A DNA stretch of 62,632 nt, counting the filler, from Nemertoderma westbladi (taxonomy: Eukaryota > Animalia > Xenacoelomorpha), in NCBI GenBank assembly GCA_032718475.1. It is 4 parts of 4 records of this genome, joined end to end, with 100 filler letters (N's around TTAATTAATTAA, not from the genome) between each part and the next. Parts side by side here need not be neighbours in the genome. Positions count along the whole stretch, not along the records: positions 58,724 to 62,632 come from JAUCBJ010002051.1; 3 more parts are not named here. One strand, written 5' to 3'. The notes under the pieces were generated by a model that worked only from the letters and a program-made list of their open reading frames with translations, was not told where the DNA came from and did no database searches. Below, one piece after another: positions 61,822 to 62,632 of this stretch (position 1 is its first letter; each line of letters begins with the position of its first letter). Position numbers and translations under genes: made by a program.

Positions 61822-62632
61822 CTGTAATAATAAATATACAAATTTATTTACAATGGAAAAAGGTATGAAGTTTGAATTGTATTTGCAATATCTGGCCGGA
61901 CACCGACCGGAAGCAATAAATATTCATCCCTCTCCAGGGGAATTCGACGCAAATAAAAGCTGATTACTCTCAAAATAAAACTGTAAACTGTGTTCTATTG
62001 TGTTTAGTTTATTGTTTAGGTTAAAATAACATGCCACTGTAACCTGCTCCTTTCCCTAGATTGAGAATTTAACATTGAGGCGGGATATTAATTCACCAAG
62101 GCACGTTTTGCGTTCAGTCCCCCCCCCCCCCCTGTCTCCCTTCATCCATCAGGGATATATCCTTTATTAATTACATAATTAAATTTATACTTAAATAATT
62201 CAAAATATATTTAAATAATTAAAAATATTCGAAACGGCTGTCTACGTCTTATAGATAGCAACTTACAAGCAAACTTTTCCCTTGTTTACTAAGGTTTAGT
62301 ATCCGGCCGGACATTTGTCCAGATATCTGGTGCACCCCTAACCCCTATTTTAGAACAAATATTTATTGTTCTTGGAAAATGTATATTTTTAAATTTCACA
62401 GAAAAATTTCAAAAAAGTGTATAAATATTTCTTCTTGAGCATTATTTGTAAATAAATAAACCTACATGACATATAATACTTTATGTCACAAAAGTAATAA
62501 AAACTAACTAATGCAAAACAATGGCGCCTGAAACCCTAAAGTGAATATGTGTGCAAAAATCAAACAACTTATAAAATCCACGAAAACAACACTCAGAAAA
62601 TTCATATTTTTCGTGATTTTTCAAACACTCAT

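Overview
AT-rich, repeat-dense eukaryotic genomic scaffold (spliceosomal GT-AG introns and animal-type genes, so most likely an invertebrate) with three N-gap linkers. Four host genes can be supported: an intronless CD-M6PR/ATG27-like receptor (-), a complete six-exon UPF0764/C16orf89-like secreted protein (-, reconstructed, 346 aa), Nup210/gp210 (+, two very large coding exons, 3' end lost in a gap) and the last exon of a catalytically dead DPP6/DPP10-like protein (-). The rest is transposon debris: a scrambled THAP/P-element transposase, LINE and Gypsy remnants, a Helitron, tRNA-derived SINEs, and many MITE/foldback elements, several with readable TIRs and TSDs. The standout is the 7.3-kb Nup210 intron. 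About 5.2 kb of it is roughly 150 tandem copies of a 35-nt unit made from the gene's own 3' splice junction (end of intron plus start of exon 2). Nearly every copy therefore carries a branch point, a pyrimidine tract, an AG|GT ratchet-like junction and an in-frame stop, making it a candidate splice-junction satellite or recursive-splicing ladder. An unclassified element at about 14-19.7 kb with an orphan 231-aa ORF and inverted repeats is also unexplained.
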